Shown: positions 1 through 9,444 of the stretch, piece by piece
Position numbering within the stretch: position 1 is the first letter of the stretch
Layout of the letters: every line of letters starts with the position of its first letter
NCBI GenBank assembly: GCA_050331815.1
Contig: JBHJGM010000002.1
Location: 153,627-217,626 of the forward strand
Direction: 5' to 3'
DNA: 64,000 nt
From: Opitutales bacterium
GTDB taxonomy: Bacteria; Verrucomicrobiota; Verrucomicrobiia; Opitutales; JBHJGM01
Program-made: the position numbers and the translations under genes
The notes under the pieces: model-generated
Databases searched by the model: none
The model's input: the letters and a program-made list of their open reading frames with translations, nothing else
Told to the model about the DNA's origin: nothing

Positions 1-285
1 CGACGCATCGGCCTGGTGCACCAGTTCGAGGCGGGTGCCGGGCTCGAGCGGGCCAGCATCCTGTGGCGTGGCGGGGTGCCACCCGGAGGCATCGAGCGCT
101 TCCAAAAGCGATGCGCCCGCCAGGGCCGCTCCCGGTTGAAACCAGGTGGGCGCCTCGCGGTGCTCCGGCAACTGCTCGATCAGGCCGTCCGAAGACAGGA
201 AGACCGGCAGGGGTATCCACGTCGGTGCAGGCAATGGTGCACGAGCCCGTGGGCGCTCGCGCAGAAGGGAAGTGATAGATTCCAT
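1..285 (-). CDS. hypothetical protein, 5' part only (ORF runs off the left edge)
   Basis: Own translation of the minus strand: ATG at 285-283, then MESITSLLRERPRARAPLPAPTWIPLPVFLSSDGLIEQLPEH..., open to position 1. Lies 14 nt downstream of cheB on the same strand. No recognisable motif. Confidence 0.3.
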   Translation of the reverse strand, partial: MESITSLLRERPRARAPLPAPTWIPLPVFLSSDGLIEQLPEHREAPTWFQPGAALAGASLLEALDASGWHPATPQDAGPLEPGTRLELVHQADAS

Positions 286-298
286 GTTTGCGTAGCGT

Positions 299-1384
299 TC
301 ATCGTGCGATCGGAGTAGAAGGTGCCTGGACAGCGTCGCAGAGGACACGCGCCATCATCGGCAGGGGGACTTGTTTTTGAGAGGCACCCAGTTCGTCAGC
401 GGCTTTGGGCATTCCGTAGACGACGCAGGTATCTGCGGATTGGGTGAAAGTGTTGGCACCGCCTTTGCGCAATTCCAGCAGGCCTTCAGCGCCGTCTCGG
501 CCCATGCCAGTAAAGACGGCGGCGGTGGCGTGCGGAGCGGCCTTAGCGGCCACGGCGGAGCGAAAGAGCACATCGACGGCGGGGCGCTGGTGCCAGACGG
601 GCGGACCCATATTCAAGCCAATGCGGTAGGCACCGCCAACCCAGGTAACGGTCATGTGCTGATCGCCGGGAGCGACCAGGACCAGGCCCGGTTGCGTGCG
701 ATCGCCGTCCTTTGCTTCGCGGACTTCCAGCGCGCTCATCTGGTTCATGCGGTCGGCCCAGGCAGAACTGAAAAAGGCCGGGATGTGCTGAACGATGAGG
801 ATGGGCGGCATGCTGGCCGGCAGGGCGGAAATGACACTTTTGACCGCCTCCGTTCCCCCGGTGGACGAGCCGAGCAGAACAAGCTGCCGCGGATGGGCCC
901 CGCCGGAGCTTTGGAAGGGGGGAGCGGTGATGGGACGGCGCGCGAAAGGCGCACGGGTGGCATCGATGTGGGTCTGCAGCCGGCAGCGTGCGGCCGCCTT
1001 GACCTTGTGGGCCAGCAGGGAGCCGAGGTTGCCGATGTCGCGCGAGCTCTTGGGCTTGCCCAGAACCTCGACCGCGCCTCGGTTGAGCGCCTCCATGGCG
1101 ACGCTTGAGCCGGATTTGCTGAGTGAGCTGATGATCACCACCGGCAGCGGATGCTGCTTCATCAGGATGCCCAGAAAGGTCAGCCCATCCATTTTGGGCA
1201 TCTCGATATCGAGGGTGAGGACGTCGGGCTTGACCTTGAGGATGAGGTCGCGGGCCTCGTACGGGTCTCCGGCGGTGCCGACGATCTCGATCTCCGGATC
1301 GGCTGCAAGGAAACGTGAGATTTGTCGGCGTACTACCGCTGAGTCATCAACGATGAGCACCCGGACTGGCCCGGTCTCTCCCAT
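299..1384 (-). CDS. cheB: chemotaxis response regulator protein-glutamate methylesterase CheB
   Basis: N-terminal receiver (VRVLIVDDSAVVRR...DVLTLDIEMPKMDG) plus C-terminal methylesterase domain (LVLLGSSTGG, GMGRDG). 361 aa, directly after cheR. Confidence 0.9.
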   Translation of the reverse strand: MGETGPVRVLIVDDSAVVRRQISRFLAADPEIEIVGTAGDPYEARDLILKVKPDVLTLDIEMPKMDGLTFLGILMKQHPLPVVIISSLSKSGSSVAMEALNRGAVEVLGKPKSSRDIGNLGSLLAHKVKAAARCRLQTHIDATRAPFARRPITAPPFQSSGGAHPRQLVLLGSSTGGTEAVKSVISALPASMPPILIVQHIPAFFSSAWADRMNQMSALEVREAKDGDRTQPGLVLVAPGDQHMTVTWVGGAYRIGLNMGPPVWHQRPAVDVLFRSAVAAKAAPHATAAVFTGMGRDGAEGLLELRKGGANTFTQSADTCVVYGMPKAADELGASQKQVPLPMMARVLCDAVQAPSTPIAR

Positions 1385-1410
1385 ACGATATGTTAGACGT
1401 TGTTGCCGGT

Positions 1411-2259
1411 TTACACTTTTTTGTAAATCGACGGTTTGATGAGTTTCAATCCATGACGCACACCTGTCAAACTTTCCGAATGTCCAATAAAGAGATAACC
1501 TCCGGGAACAATGTGCTGGGCGATGCGTTGTACCAAGTCTTCCTGCGTTTCGCGGTCGAAATAGATCATGACGTTGCGGCAGAAGACGACCTGGAAGGGC
1601 TCGCGCCAGGGAAAGCTGCGATCCATCAGGTTCATGTGCGTGAAATTGAGCCGCCCGCGAACCGGTTCCTTGATGCGAAAGAGGACCTCGTTGCCGCGGC
1701 GTCCCTGCTCGAAGTACTTTTTCATCCAGTCGCGGCGGATTTTTTCAACCTGCGGCGGGGCGAAAATGCCCTCGCGGGCCTTGGCCAGGATGCGGGTTGA
1801 AATGTCGGTGCACTCGATGCGGTAGGCCTCCGATTGGCCTTTGAAGAACTGGTCGAGCACGATGCTGACCGAGTAGGGCTCCTCGCCGGAGGAACAGGCT
1901 GAGGACCAGACCCGAAAGGTGCCGCCGCCTGAAGCGAGTTCGGGCAGGGCCTGCTTGTAGAGGAATTCGAAGTGGGCCGGTTCGCGGAAAAAGAACGTGT
2001 AGTTGGTGGAGATGGAGTCGATCAGGTTGGTCCATTCCTCCTCGCTGTTGGGCCCCTGCAGCAGGTCGATGTAAGCCTTGAAGTTCGGGAGCTTGAGCGC
2101 GCGCAGGCGTTTGTTGAGGCGCGCCTTGACCAGTTCGCGTTTGTTGGGGCCGAGGTTGATGCGGCAGTGATCGTAAATAATCGAGCGGAAGTACTCGTAC
2201 TCGCGGTCGCTGAGGTCGTGGGTTTGGGGGGCGGAGGATTTGGCGGCGACGCTGCTCAT
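1411..2259 (-). CDS. cheR: chemotaxis protein methyltransferase CheR
   Basis: CheR-type N-terminal helical region (LSDREYEYFRSIIYDHCRINL) and SAM-methyltransferase core (RVWSSACSSGEEPYS, VFCRNVMIYFD). 282 aa. Confidence 0.9.
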   Translation of the reverse strand: MSSVAAKSSAPQTHDLSDREYEYFRSIIYDHCRINLGPNKRELVKARLNKRLRALKLPNFKAYIDLLQGPNSEEEWTNLIDSISTNYTFFFREPAHFEFLYKQALPELASGGGTFRVWSSACSSGEEPYSVSIVLDQFFKGQSEAYRIECTDISTRILAKAREGIFAPPQVEKIRRDWMKKYFEQGRRGNEVLFRIKEPVRGRLNFTHMNLMDRSFPWREPFQVVFCRNVMIYFDRETQEDLVQRIAQHIVPGGYLFIGHSESLTGVRHGLKLIKPSIYKKV

Positions 2260-2506
2260 GATCGGTTAGAGACTGAGGAATGCATTTCTAAGTCGGCCAA
2301 GCCGCGAGCAGATTTATAGGTGCGTTAGGGTCGGGCCCGATTTCGTTTCCCGATGGTTTACGTCCGCAGGCGGCAAAGGATGAACTCCCGCATCGGTGAA
2401 ACGCTGTAGGCAGAATGTTCCGAGGCGGGCAAAAGATGCGAGTAAAGCGGATGTCAAAGAATTTAAGCCGTTGAATGTGAATGGCTTATACTTACTTCAG
2501 ATGGCA

Positions 2507-2522
2507 TGGCATAGGCGATGCT
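2507..2522 (+). promoter_or_regulatory. candidate sigma-54 (-24/-12) promoter upstream of flgB
   Basis: TGGCAT-aggcg-ATGCT versus consensus TGGCAC-N5-TTGCW. GG and GC have the correct spacing. Lies 20 nt upstream of the flgB ATG in a lower-GC divergent intergenic region. Confidence 0.45.
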
Positions 2523-2542
2523 TGTAAGGGCCGCAATCCCTC

Positions 2543-2929
2543 ATGGAAACCCTCTTCAGCACCGAAAATTACTCCGTGGCGAAAACGCTTCTGGATGCCG
2601 CCGAGTTGCGTCACCAGGCGTTGGCCAGCAATCTTGCCAACGCCGAGACGCCGGGCTACCAGCGCGTGGACCTGGCGGTGGATTTCGAGGCGAAATTGCG
2701 CCAGGCCGTTGAGCGGCGCGAAGGCAGCCGCGCCATGGAGCAACTCCAGCCGGTTTTGGAACGCGACGTCCAGGCCCGCAGCCAGCGTGCGGACGGCAAC
2801 AACGTCTCCATCGAGCACGAGATGCAGCAGATCAATCGCAACACGATGGAGTTCGAATTCCTCAGCCGCTACGTGAGCGACAGCTTGAAGGGCCTCAAGC
2901 GAGCCATCACCGGCCGCACCACGTTCTAA
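2543..2929 (+). CDS. flgB: flagellar basal-body rod protein FlgB
   Basis: N-terminal rod motif LASNLANAETPGYQRVDL. 128 aa, first gene of the flgBC-fliE string. Confidence 0.9.
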   Translation: METLFSTENYSVAKTLLDAAELRHQALASNLANAETPGYQRVDLAVDFEAKLRQAVERREGSRAMEQLQPVLERDVQARSQRADGNNVSIEHEMQQINRNTMEFEFLSRYVSDSLKGLKRAITGRTTF

Positions 2930-2951
2930 AGCTTCTCGATTTTTTGATCCA

Positions 2952-3374
2952 ATGAACCTCCTCCCCGGCATTTCACCCAGTGTCCAGGCCTTGGACGCCG
3001 AGCGCGTCCGCATGGACCTGATCGCGCAGAACATCGCCAACGCCCATACGACCCGCGGACCCGACGGCGAAGTCTATCAGCGCAAGCTGGCGGTCTTCGA
3101 GAGCTTCATGGACCCCGAGATGCGGGGCGCGCAGGATCGCATGCTACGCGGGGTGCGTCTGGCGGGTGTGATGGACGACCCGGCGCAGGGTGAGCGCGTG
3201 TACAACCCCGGCCATCCGCACGCCGACCCTAATGGCATGGTCAGCATGCCCAACGTCAAGATGGCGCGCGAGATGGTGGACTTGATCACCTCGCAGCGAG
3301 GTTATCAGGCCAATCTGGAAGCGGTGCGCGCGGCCCGTGAGATGGCCCGCCACGCCCTGCAAATCTCCTCCTGA
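2952..3374 (+). CDS. flgC: flagellar basal-body rod protein FlgC
   Basis: IAQNIANAHTTRGPDGEVYQRK and C-terminal SQRGYQANLEA rod-family motifs. 140 aa. Confidence 0.9.
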   Translation: MNLLPGISPSVQALDAERVRMDLIAQNIANAHTTRGPDGEVYQRKLAVFESFMDPEMRGAQDRMLRGVRLAGVMDDPAQGERVYNPGHPHADPNGMVSMPNVKMAREMVDLITSQRGYQANLEAVRAAREMARHALQISS

Positions 3375-3400
3375 TCTACCGACCTCAAGACGCATTTCTC

Positions 3401-3790
3401 ATGGCAGGCATCGAAGGCATCACGGGACTGGGCTCCCTTCTGCAAGCACAGGACACAGCTTCTCTGCGTCAGGCGACGCCGCAGGAGACGCTGTCGAGCA
3501 TCAACCGCAATTTGGGGCAGATGGGAGTGGCGGGCGCCAGCGCGCCGTCCCAAGTGGACGCAGCTTCCCGGCCCTCCTTCGACTCGATGCTGAGCGATCT
3601 GGTCAACCAGGTCGACGCCAAGCAGAAGACTGGCCACGCCGAAGCCCGCAAGCTGATGAGCGGTGAAAGCGACAACCTGCACGGCAGCATGATCGCGATG
3701 CAGGAAGCCAGTGTCGCCTTTACCCTGCTGGTGGAGACCCGCAACAAGCTGGTCGAGTCCTACCAAGAGATCATGCGCATGCAGGTGTAG
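3401..3790 (+). CDS. fliE: flagellar hook-basal body complex protein FliE
   Basis: Size, position after flgC, and C-terminal FliE-like helix (AMQEASVAFTLLVETRNKLVESYQEIMRMQV). Confidence 0.8.
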   Translation: MAGIEGITGLGSLLQAQDTASLRQATPQETLSSINRNLGQMGVAGASAPSQVDAASRPSFDSMLSDLVNQVDAKQKTGHAEARKLMSGESDNLHGSMIAMQEASVAFTLLVETRNKLVESYQEIMRMQV

Positions 3791-3831
3791 TGATTTTTTG
3801 AATACTTTCCTTTGCGTCTTCCCCGAAACTG

Positions 3832-5415
3832 ATGAGCGGAATCACTTCCCAATTGACCCAATTCTGGACCGAGTTGTCCACGCCTCAACGTATGAGCATT
3901 GTCCTGGCGATCGCCGGGGTGTTCATCGGCATGGGTGCCTTGATGTACTGGTCGAGCCGACCTTCGATGCAGCTGCTGTACGGCGGTCTGGAGCCCGAAG
4001 AGATGGCCGAGGTGGTTCAGGAACTCGAGGCTCAGGGCGTGCCGCACGAACTGCGCTCCAACGGCCATGGCGTATGGGTACCTTCCGCGGACGTGCATTC
4101 GTTGCGGATGAGCCTGGCGGCCAAGGGTCTGCCGGCCACCGGCGGGGTCGGCTTCGAGATTTTTGACGAAGGCAACTTCGGCTACAGTGAGAAGCATCAG
4201 CAGATCAACTACATCCGCGCGATTCAGGGGGAGTTGAGCCGCACGATTTCTCAACTTAGCGGCGTGCGTGATGCCCGCGTGATGGTGGTTATGCCAGAGA
4301 ACCGCCTTCTGCTAGACAGTGCCAAGAATCGGGCGACTGCGTCGGTGTTTGTGGACACTGGGGGCCGCGTGCTGGACGAAAGCTCGATCAATGCCGTGCG
4401 TTTTCTGGTGGCCAATGCGGTCGAAGGGCTGGAGTTGAACGAAGTCGCAGTGGTGGACAGTCGCGGCAACGTTTTGTCGGAGCGGGTGCGTTCGGATGAG
4501 TCTTACAGTCTTGCCGGCGGGCATCTGCGCATGCAGCAGAAGCACGAGTCCTACCTGCAGGACAAGATTGAGCAGCTGCTCTTGCCGGTGGTTGGCCAGG
4601 GTAACGTGGTTGCGCGGGTTTCCGTGGATTTGGAGACCGAGGCCACCACGATGGTGGAAGAGATTTACGATCCCGAAGGCCAGGTGGTGGCGCGCCAGAC
4701 CAAGACGGAGGAGGGGACGGACTCAACCGAGAGTAGTGGCGGCAACACCGCCGCGGGAATCACCGCCAACCTGCCCGAGGAGCAGGCCGAGGGGGGTGCG
4801 GGCTCAATGAACCGCACCTCGGACACCCGCAAGAACACCGAGACGGAGTACCTCGTCAATCGGCAGACGCGCGAGACGCGCAAAAGCCCCGGGGATATTC
4901 GCAACGTGACTGCGGCCGTGTTTGTCGCCGCGCGGACGCAGCTCAACGCCGAGACCGGCGAGGTCGAGGCCGCCCCGCGCACGCCCGAGGAGATTCAGTC
5001 GATTCAGGAAATGGTCAGCAAGGCGTTGGGCTTGGCGGTGCCGCAGGGGACCAACGTGAAGCCGCAGGTTACTGTTTCTGAAATGCCTTTCATCGTGCCC
5101 GAGACCGAGGACGGGCTGTGGGCGATGATCAACGGGCCGCTCTACCGTTGGATGGAAACTGGCAAGAGCTTTCTGGCCGTGGGCGTGGCGGTGCTGCTGT
5201 TCATGATTTTCGTGCGCATGCTGCGCCGCCACCGCTTCGATCAGTTTGGCGTGGAAATCGTCGAAGATCGCGAACCCATCGTCCAGCCGGGGGAACGCCG
5301 ACAGCGCATGATGGCCAAGCCGACCCCGCAATTGCTGAACGACCTCATCTCGCAAAAGCCCGACAACGTGAGCATCGCGCTCAAGAACTGGATGACGAGC
5401 AACAGCAGCCGCTAG
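3832..5415 (+). CDS. fliF: flagellar MS-ring protein FliF
   Basis: 527 aa. N-terminal TM, YscJ/FliF-type ring domain (LYGGLEPEEMAEVVQELEAQGVPHEL..., RAIQGELSRTISQLSGVRDARV), C-terminal TM. Confidence 0.9.
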   Translation: MSGITSQLTQFWTELSTPQRMSIVLAIAGVFIGMGALMYWSSRPSMQLLYGGLEPEEMAEVVQELEAQGVPHELRSNGHGVWVPSADVHSLRMSLAAKGLPATGGVGFEIFDEGNFGYSEKHQQINYIRAIQGELSRTISQLSGVRDARVMVVMPENRLLLDSAKNRATASVFVDTGGRVLDESSINAVRFLVANAVEGLELNEVAVVDSRGNVLSERVRSDESYSLAGGHLRMQQKHESYLQDKIEQLLLPVVGQGNVVARVSVDLETEATTMVEEIYDPEGQVVARQTKTEEGTDSTESSGGNTAAGITANLPEEQAEGGAGSMNRTSDTRKNTETEYLVNRQTRETRKSPGDIRNVTAAVFVAARTQLNAETGEVEAAPRTPEEIQSIQEMVSKALGLAVPQGTNVKPQVTVSEMPFIVPETEDGLWAMINGPLYRWMETGKSFLAVGVAVLLFMIFVRMLRRHRFDQFGVEIVEDREPIVQPGERRQRMMAKPTPQLLNDLISQKPDNVSIALKNWMTSNSSR

Positions 5416-5439
5416 GCGCGGGTGCCAGAATAGACCACG

Positions 5440-6465
5440 ATGCCGCACATCAATAACGAGCCGGTCAAGTACGAGTCGCTGTCGAAGACGCAGCGCTTAG
5501 CGGTTTTTCTGATCGTGATAGGCCCGCAGGCCTCCGCACGTTTGCTTGAGGGTTTTGACGACTACGAACTGGAGCAGGTCTGCGGCGAAATTTCGAACAT
5601 CCGCATCATCGATGACGAGATGGCCGCCGCCGTTATCGAGGAGTTTTCGAAGATCATCGGCGAGAGCATGAACGCGATTCTGGGCGGCAATCAGTTTGCC
5701 CAGCGCGCGCTGGAGATGGCTCGAGGCGATTACAAAGCCGCTTCCATCCTGGGCCGGATCTCGCCGGTGGGGAACACGCCGGAGTTGATCGCGGAGATCT
5801 CCGAGATGGAGCCGCGACAGATTTTTAACCTGGTGCGTGATGAGCAGAGCCAGACGATCGCCTTTCTGGTGTCGCACCTGAACATCGACAAAGCGACGCA
5901 GGTGGTCGAGATGCTTGCGCCGGAAATGCGCGAGGACGTGATCGAGCGTATCGGCTCGATGGATACGACTTCGCTCGAGATGGTGGCCAAGGTCGTTACC
6001 TCGCTGAAGCAACACATCAGCACCAAGGAACGCTACACGCTGCACCACAGCGGCGGGCTGCGTCAGGTGGCGGACCTGCTTAACAACCTGGACAAGGACA
6101 TGTCCAAAACGCTGCTGAACAAGCTGGAGGAGCGCAACCCGGGTCTGGGTGCGGCGATTCGCAAGAAGATGTTCAGCTTCGACGACTTGCAGCGCCTGAA
6201 CGCGTCGGACCTTCAGCGCGTGACCCGGGAGGTGGAGATGTCGGATCTGGTCGTGGCCATGAAGTCGGCCCAAGCCATCCTGCAAGAGGCCATCTTTGCC
6301 TCAGTTTCCAAGCGAGCGGCCGAGACGCTCAAGGAGGAAATCGAGATGATGGGCCCGGTACGCCTCAAGGAAGTTGAAGCCGCCCAGGACCGGATTATCC
6401 AGACCGTGCGTCGTCTGGAAGAAGAGGAGGAGATCACGCTCGATGCCGAAGGCGACAAAGTTTAA
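5440..6465 (+). CDS. fliG: flagellar motor switch protein FliG
   Basis: 341 aa, FliG N/M/C organisation (AVFLIVIGPQASARLL..., MFSFDDLQRL, LKEEIEMMGPVRLKEVEAAQ). Confidence 0.9.
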   Translation: MPHINNEPVKYESLSKTQRLAVFLIVIGPQASARLLEGFDDYELEQVCGEISNIRIIDDEMAAAVIEEFSKIIGESMNAILGGNQFAQRALEMARGDYKAASILGRISPVGNTPELIAEISEMEPRQIFNLVRDEQSQTIAFLVSHLNIDKATQVVEMLAPEMREDVIERIGSMDTTSLEMVAKVVTSLKQHISTKERYTLHHSGGLRQVADLLNNLDKDMSKTLLNKLEERNPGLGAAIRKKMFSFDDLQRLNASDLQRVTREVEMSDLVVAMKSAQAILQEAIFASVSKRAAETLKEEIEMMGPVRLKEVEAAQDRIIQTVRRLEEEEEITLDAEGDKV

Positions 6466-7033
6466 AAAGACGTTGCGTCTGCCGCGTCCGCTTTCCCGCG
6501 TCGAAGTTCGGCGGGTGGGGGCACCCGCCGTGCCTGCGGAGGCGTTGCAAGGGCTCTGTCAACAGGCGCGCCAGGAGGGCCAGGCTTCGGTGGAGGAAGT
6601 CTGCAATCGGCAGATCCACGAAACGCGCGAGGAGATGCTGCACCTCCAGCAGCATGTGCTGCAAGCCGTGGAGAAGGAGTTTGCCGAGTTGAAACGCACG
6701 CTCAGCGAGCGCCTGCCGGAGCTTGTGCTGCGCGTGGCCGAGGAGGTGATGGGTGCCTTGCCCATCGACCAGCAACTCGTGCGCACTGTGGTGGAAAAAC
6801 ACGTGGCCGACGCTGCGCCAGGCGACAGCGAAGTCGAGGTCCGGCTGCATCCCGACGACCGCGGTCTGGTTGAAGGGCTCGATGCGCAGCTGGCCGAGCG
6901 TTACCCGCAACTGGTCTTCCGCGCGGATCCTGAACTGGCGCGCGGCGACTGCCAGGTGCGCACGCGTTTTGGGCTGGTGGACGCCCGTCGGGAAACCCGT
7001 CTGCGCAATCTGGCCGAACAAATTTCAAACTAA
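6443..7033 (+). CDS. fliH: flagellar assembly protein FliH (start chosen at the internal ATG at 6443)
   Basis: Lies between fliG and fliI. Charged, helical, with a C-terminal FliH/YscL-like region (GDCQVRTRFGLVDARRETRLRNL). The tracked ORF starts at 6374 but would overlap fliG by 92 nt; the ATG at 6443 gives a 23-nt overlap. Confidence 0.65.
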   Translation: MPKATKFKKTLRLPRPLSRVEVRRVGAPAVPAEALQGLCQQARQEGQASVEEVCNRQIHETREEMLHLQQHVLQAVEKEFAELKRTLSERLPELVLRVAEEVMGALPIDQQLVRTVVEKHVADAAPGDSEVEVRLHPDDRGLVEGLDAQLAERYPQLVFRADPELARGDCQVRTRFGLVDARRETRLRNLAEQISN

Positions 7034-7036
7034 TCC

Positions 7037-8359
7037 ATGCTAACAGATATCACAGAAAGCCTCGACTGGATGTCGTACCAGTTATCCGCCGCTCAGACGG
7101 TGGAGAAGGTTGGGCGCGTCGTGCAGGTGACCGGCTTGATTATCGAGTCCGAGGGTCCGGACGTGGCATTGGGCGATTTGTGCGAGATCGTTTCCGACCG
7201 CAAGCAGGTGTCGACGACCGCCGAGGTGGTGGGTTTTCGCGACAACCGGGTGCTGCTGATGCCGCTTGGCGAGGTGCGCGATCTACACGCGGGCTGTCGG
7301 GCGGTGGCGGTTGCCGGGCGTAACGCGGTGCCCACCGGAGCAGCGCTGCTGGGACGGGTGCTGGATGGCTTGGGCCGGCCGATGGATGGCTTGGGGCGCA
7401 TCGGCGCACGTCAGAATGCGGCTCCGCGTTCAGGCCTGCCCAACCCGATGAAGCGCCAGCGTATCCGCACGCCTTTCGCCACCGGCGTGCGTGCGATTGA
7501 TACGTTTGTGCCGCTGGGCCAAGGGCAGCGGCTGGGCATCTTTGCCGGCAGCGGGGTGGGCAAATCCACGCTGCTGGGGATGATCGCCCGTGGCGGTCAG
7601 GCCGATGTCAACGTAATCGCCCTAGTGGGCGAACGTGGGCGCGAGCTACGGGAGTTTATCGAAAACGATCTGGGGCCAGAGGGTCTGGCGCGCTCGGTTC
7701 TGGTGGTTTCGACCTCCGACGAAAGCGCACCGATGCGCCTGCACGCGGCCGAACTGGCCACGCGCATTGCGGAGGGTTTTCGCGACGAGGGGAAGAACGT
7801 TTTGCTGCTGATGGATTCGGTTACGCGACTGGCGATGGCGCAACGCGAGATCGGTCTGGCAGTGGGCGAGCCACCGACCTCGCGCGGTTACACGCCGTCG
7901 GTATTTTCGTTGTTGCCGCGCTTGCTGGAGCGGTCGGGCATGGGCGAGACCGGTTCGATCACGGCGTTTTACACCGTGCTGGTTGAGGGTGATGATCTGA
8001 ACGAGCCGGTGACCGATGCCGTGCGCGGTATTTTAGACGGGCACATCGTGCTGGATCGCTCGTTGGCAGCGGCCAACCACTATCCGGCGATCGATGTGCT
8101 CGGCAGCATCAGCCGGTTGCAGACCACTCTGCTCTCCGGTGAGGAACTGGCGCTCGTCTCCAAAGCGCGCGACCTGCTCACCCTCTACAAGCGCAACGAA
8201 GACCTCATTAACATCGGAGCGTACGCCGCCGGAAGTAACCAGAAACTGGATACGGCCATCGCCCGTCACGAACCGCTGCAGCGCTTTCTCAGGCAGTCGT
8301 CGAGTCAGCTGAGCGAGCGTGCGGAGTCGTTAAAAATTTTGGGGGAAATCGCCGCGTGA
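7037..8359 (+). CDS. fliI: flagellum-specific ATP synthase FliI
   Basis: Walker A GSGVGKSTLLGMI, Walker B LLLMDSVTR, F1/T3SS ATPase length (440 aa). Confidence 0.95.
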   Translation: MLTDITESLDWMSYQLSAAQTVEKVGRVVQVTGLIIESEGPDVALGDLCEIVSDRKQVSTTAEVVGFRDNRVLLMPLGEVRDLHAGCRAVAVAGRNAVPTGAALLGRVLDGLGRPMDGLGRIGARQNAAPRSGLPNPMKRQRIRTPFATGVRAIDTFVPLGQGQRLGIFAGSGVGKSTLLGMIARGGQADVNVIALVGERGRELREFIENDLGPEGLARSVLVVSTSDESAPMRLHAAELATRIAEGFRDEGKNVLLLMDSVTRLAMAQREIGLAVGEPPTSRGYTPSVFSLLPRLLERSGMGETGSITAFYTVLVEGDDLNEPVTDAVRGILDGHIVLDRSLAAANHYPAIDVLGSISRLQTTLLSGEELALVSKARDLLTLYKRNEDLINIGAYAAGSNQKLDTAIARHEPLQRFLRQSSSQLSERAESLKILGEIAA

Positions 8360-8835
8360 AGCCTTTTCGTTTCAATCTCGAAGCGCTGCTGCGCTTGCGC
8401 GAATCGGAAAAGGAGCGTGCGCAGGGCGTACTCGTTCAGGCGATGCAGCAGCGTCGTCAGGCTCAGGCGGTGATCGATGCCGCCCTCAAGGCCAAGGCGG
8501 TACTGGGCGAGTCGATGAAAGCCGGACGGGCGCACACTTTCAACGTCTCCTCGCAACAGCAGTTGCTGCTTTCCCAGGAAGGTCTCTCGCAGCATCTGAT
8601 GCAGGCGCGCATTGAGGAACAAAAGCGAGCGGATGCTGAAGCGCAGGCGCGTGTGGGCTACAACCAGGCGCGTATGCAGGTGGAGGTGTTGGAACGCTTG
8701 CGCGAGCGGCGGCGGTGTGCTCACGAGCAAACACAAGCGCGGGCAGAGGAGCGTCAGCTTGAGGAATTGGCCAACCTGCGCCGGGCTTTTACGGGGCGCG
8801 CGTCTCTGGCTGAAGGAGGCATCCTGGCCTCATGA
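8356..8835 (+). CDS. fliJ: flagellar export chaperone-like protein FliJ
   Basis: Coiled-coil 159-aa protein starting MKPFRFNLEALLRLRE. GTGA overlap with the fliI stop. Confidence 0.7.
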   Translation: MKPFRFNLEALLRLRESEKERAQGVLVQAMQQRRQAQAVIDAALKAKAVLGESMKAGRAHTFNVSSQQQLLLSQEGLSQHLMQARIEEQKRADAEAQARVGYNQARMQVEVLERLRERRRCAHEQTQARAEERQLEELANLRRAFTGRASLAEGGILAS

Positions 8836-9425
8836 AGTTTTTGCAAACAGCCTGGGGGCTGGCGCTCTTCGCGCTGGTCGTGAATGTCGTGACCTCGGTC
8901 TTCCTGAGTATTCGGATGATGGATACGATCCTGCCCGAGAAGGAGGAGGACTTCGGCCTCGTTGAAGGAACCGCCGAGCATTTCAACTTCTTTACCCGGG
9001 AGATCGATACGCTCTCGGACGATCTGCTGACACAGATCGAGGATATCGAGGTCAGGGAGTTTGAACTGCAGCGCTTTGAAGAGCGTTTGGCGGCGGAACG
9101 CGCTGAGCTGGAGCGGCTGCGCACGGACATGCAGATAGTGCGCGACCAACTTTCTAAGGTCATTATCGAGGTGCAGGAGAGCGAGGTGAAAAACATCAAA
9201 AACCTGGCCTCAATTTATGCCGACATGCCGCCTGGGGACGTGATCCAGATTTTCCGTGAATTGGAGGATGATTTCATCGTGAAAATCCTCACCAACATGC
9301 CGCGCGATGCCATTGGGCCCATCTTCATGGAGATGTCCAACGATCCAGAGTCACCCGAGTTAATGCGCCAGCGCGTGGCTAAGCTGACCGAGATGATGCG
9401 CATGATGGTCAGCGGCAAAAAATAA
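8832..9425 (+). CDS. membrane-anchored MgtE_N-like flagellar protein (YlxF/MotE-type)
   Basis: N-terminal TM helix, coiled coil, then an MgtE-intracellular-N-like segment (PPGDVIQIFRELEDDFIVKILTNMPRDAIGPIFMEM). Same slot as ylxF in the Bacillus fla/che operon. ATGA overlap with fliJ. Confidence 0.6.
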   Translation: MKFLQTAWGLALFALVVNVVTSVFLSIRMMDTILPEKEEDFGLVEGTAEHFNFFTREIDTLSDDLLTQIEDIEVREFELQRFEERLAAERAELERLRTDMQIVRDQLSKVIIEVQESEVKNIKNLASIYADMPPGDVIQIFRELEDDFIVKILTNMPRDAIGPIFMEMSNDPESPELMRQRVAKLTEMMRMMVSGKK

Positions 9426-9444
9426 CCCTCGATCACCAATTACC

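Noticed and set aside
16-318. Plus-strand ORFs of 100 aa and 70 aa at the left edge
   Set aside because: The products are Arg/Gly/Pro-rich with no features, and the 100-aa ORF overlaps the cheB 3' end. A minus-strand ORF starting at 285 and continuing off the edge fits the cheR-cheB polarity better.
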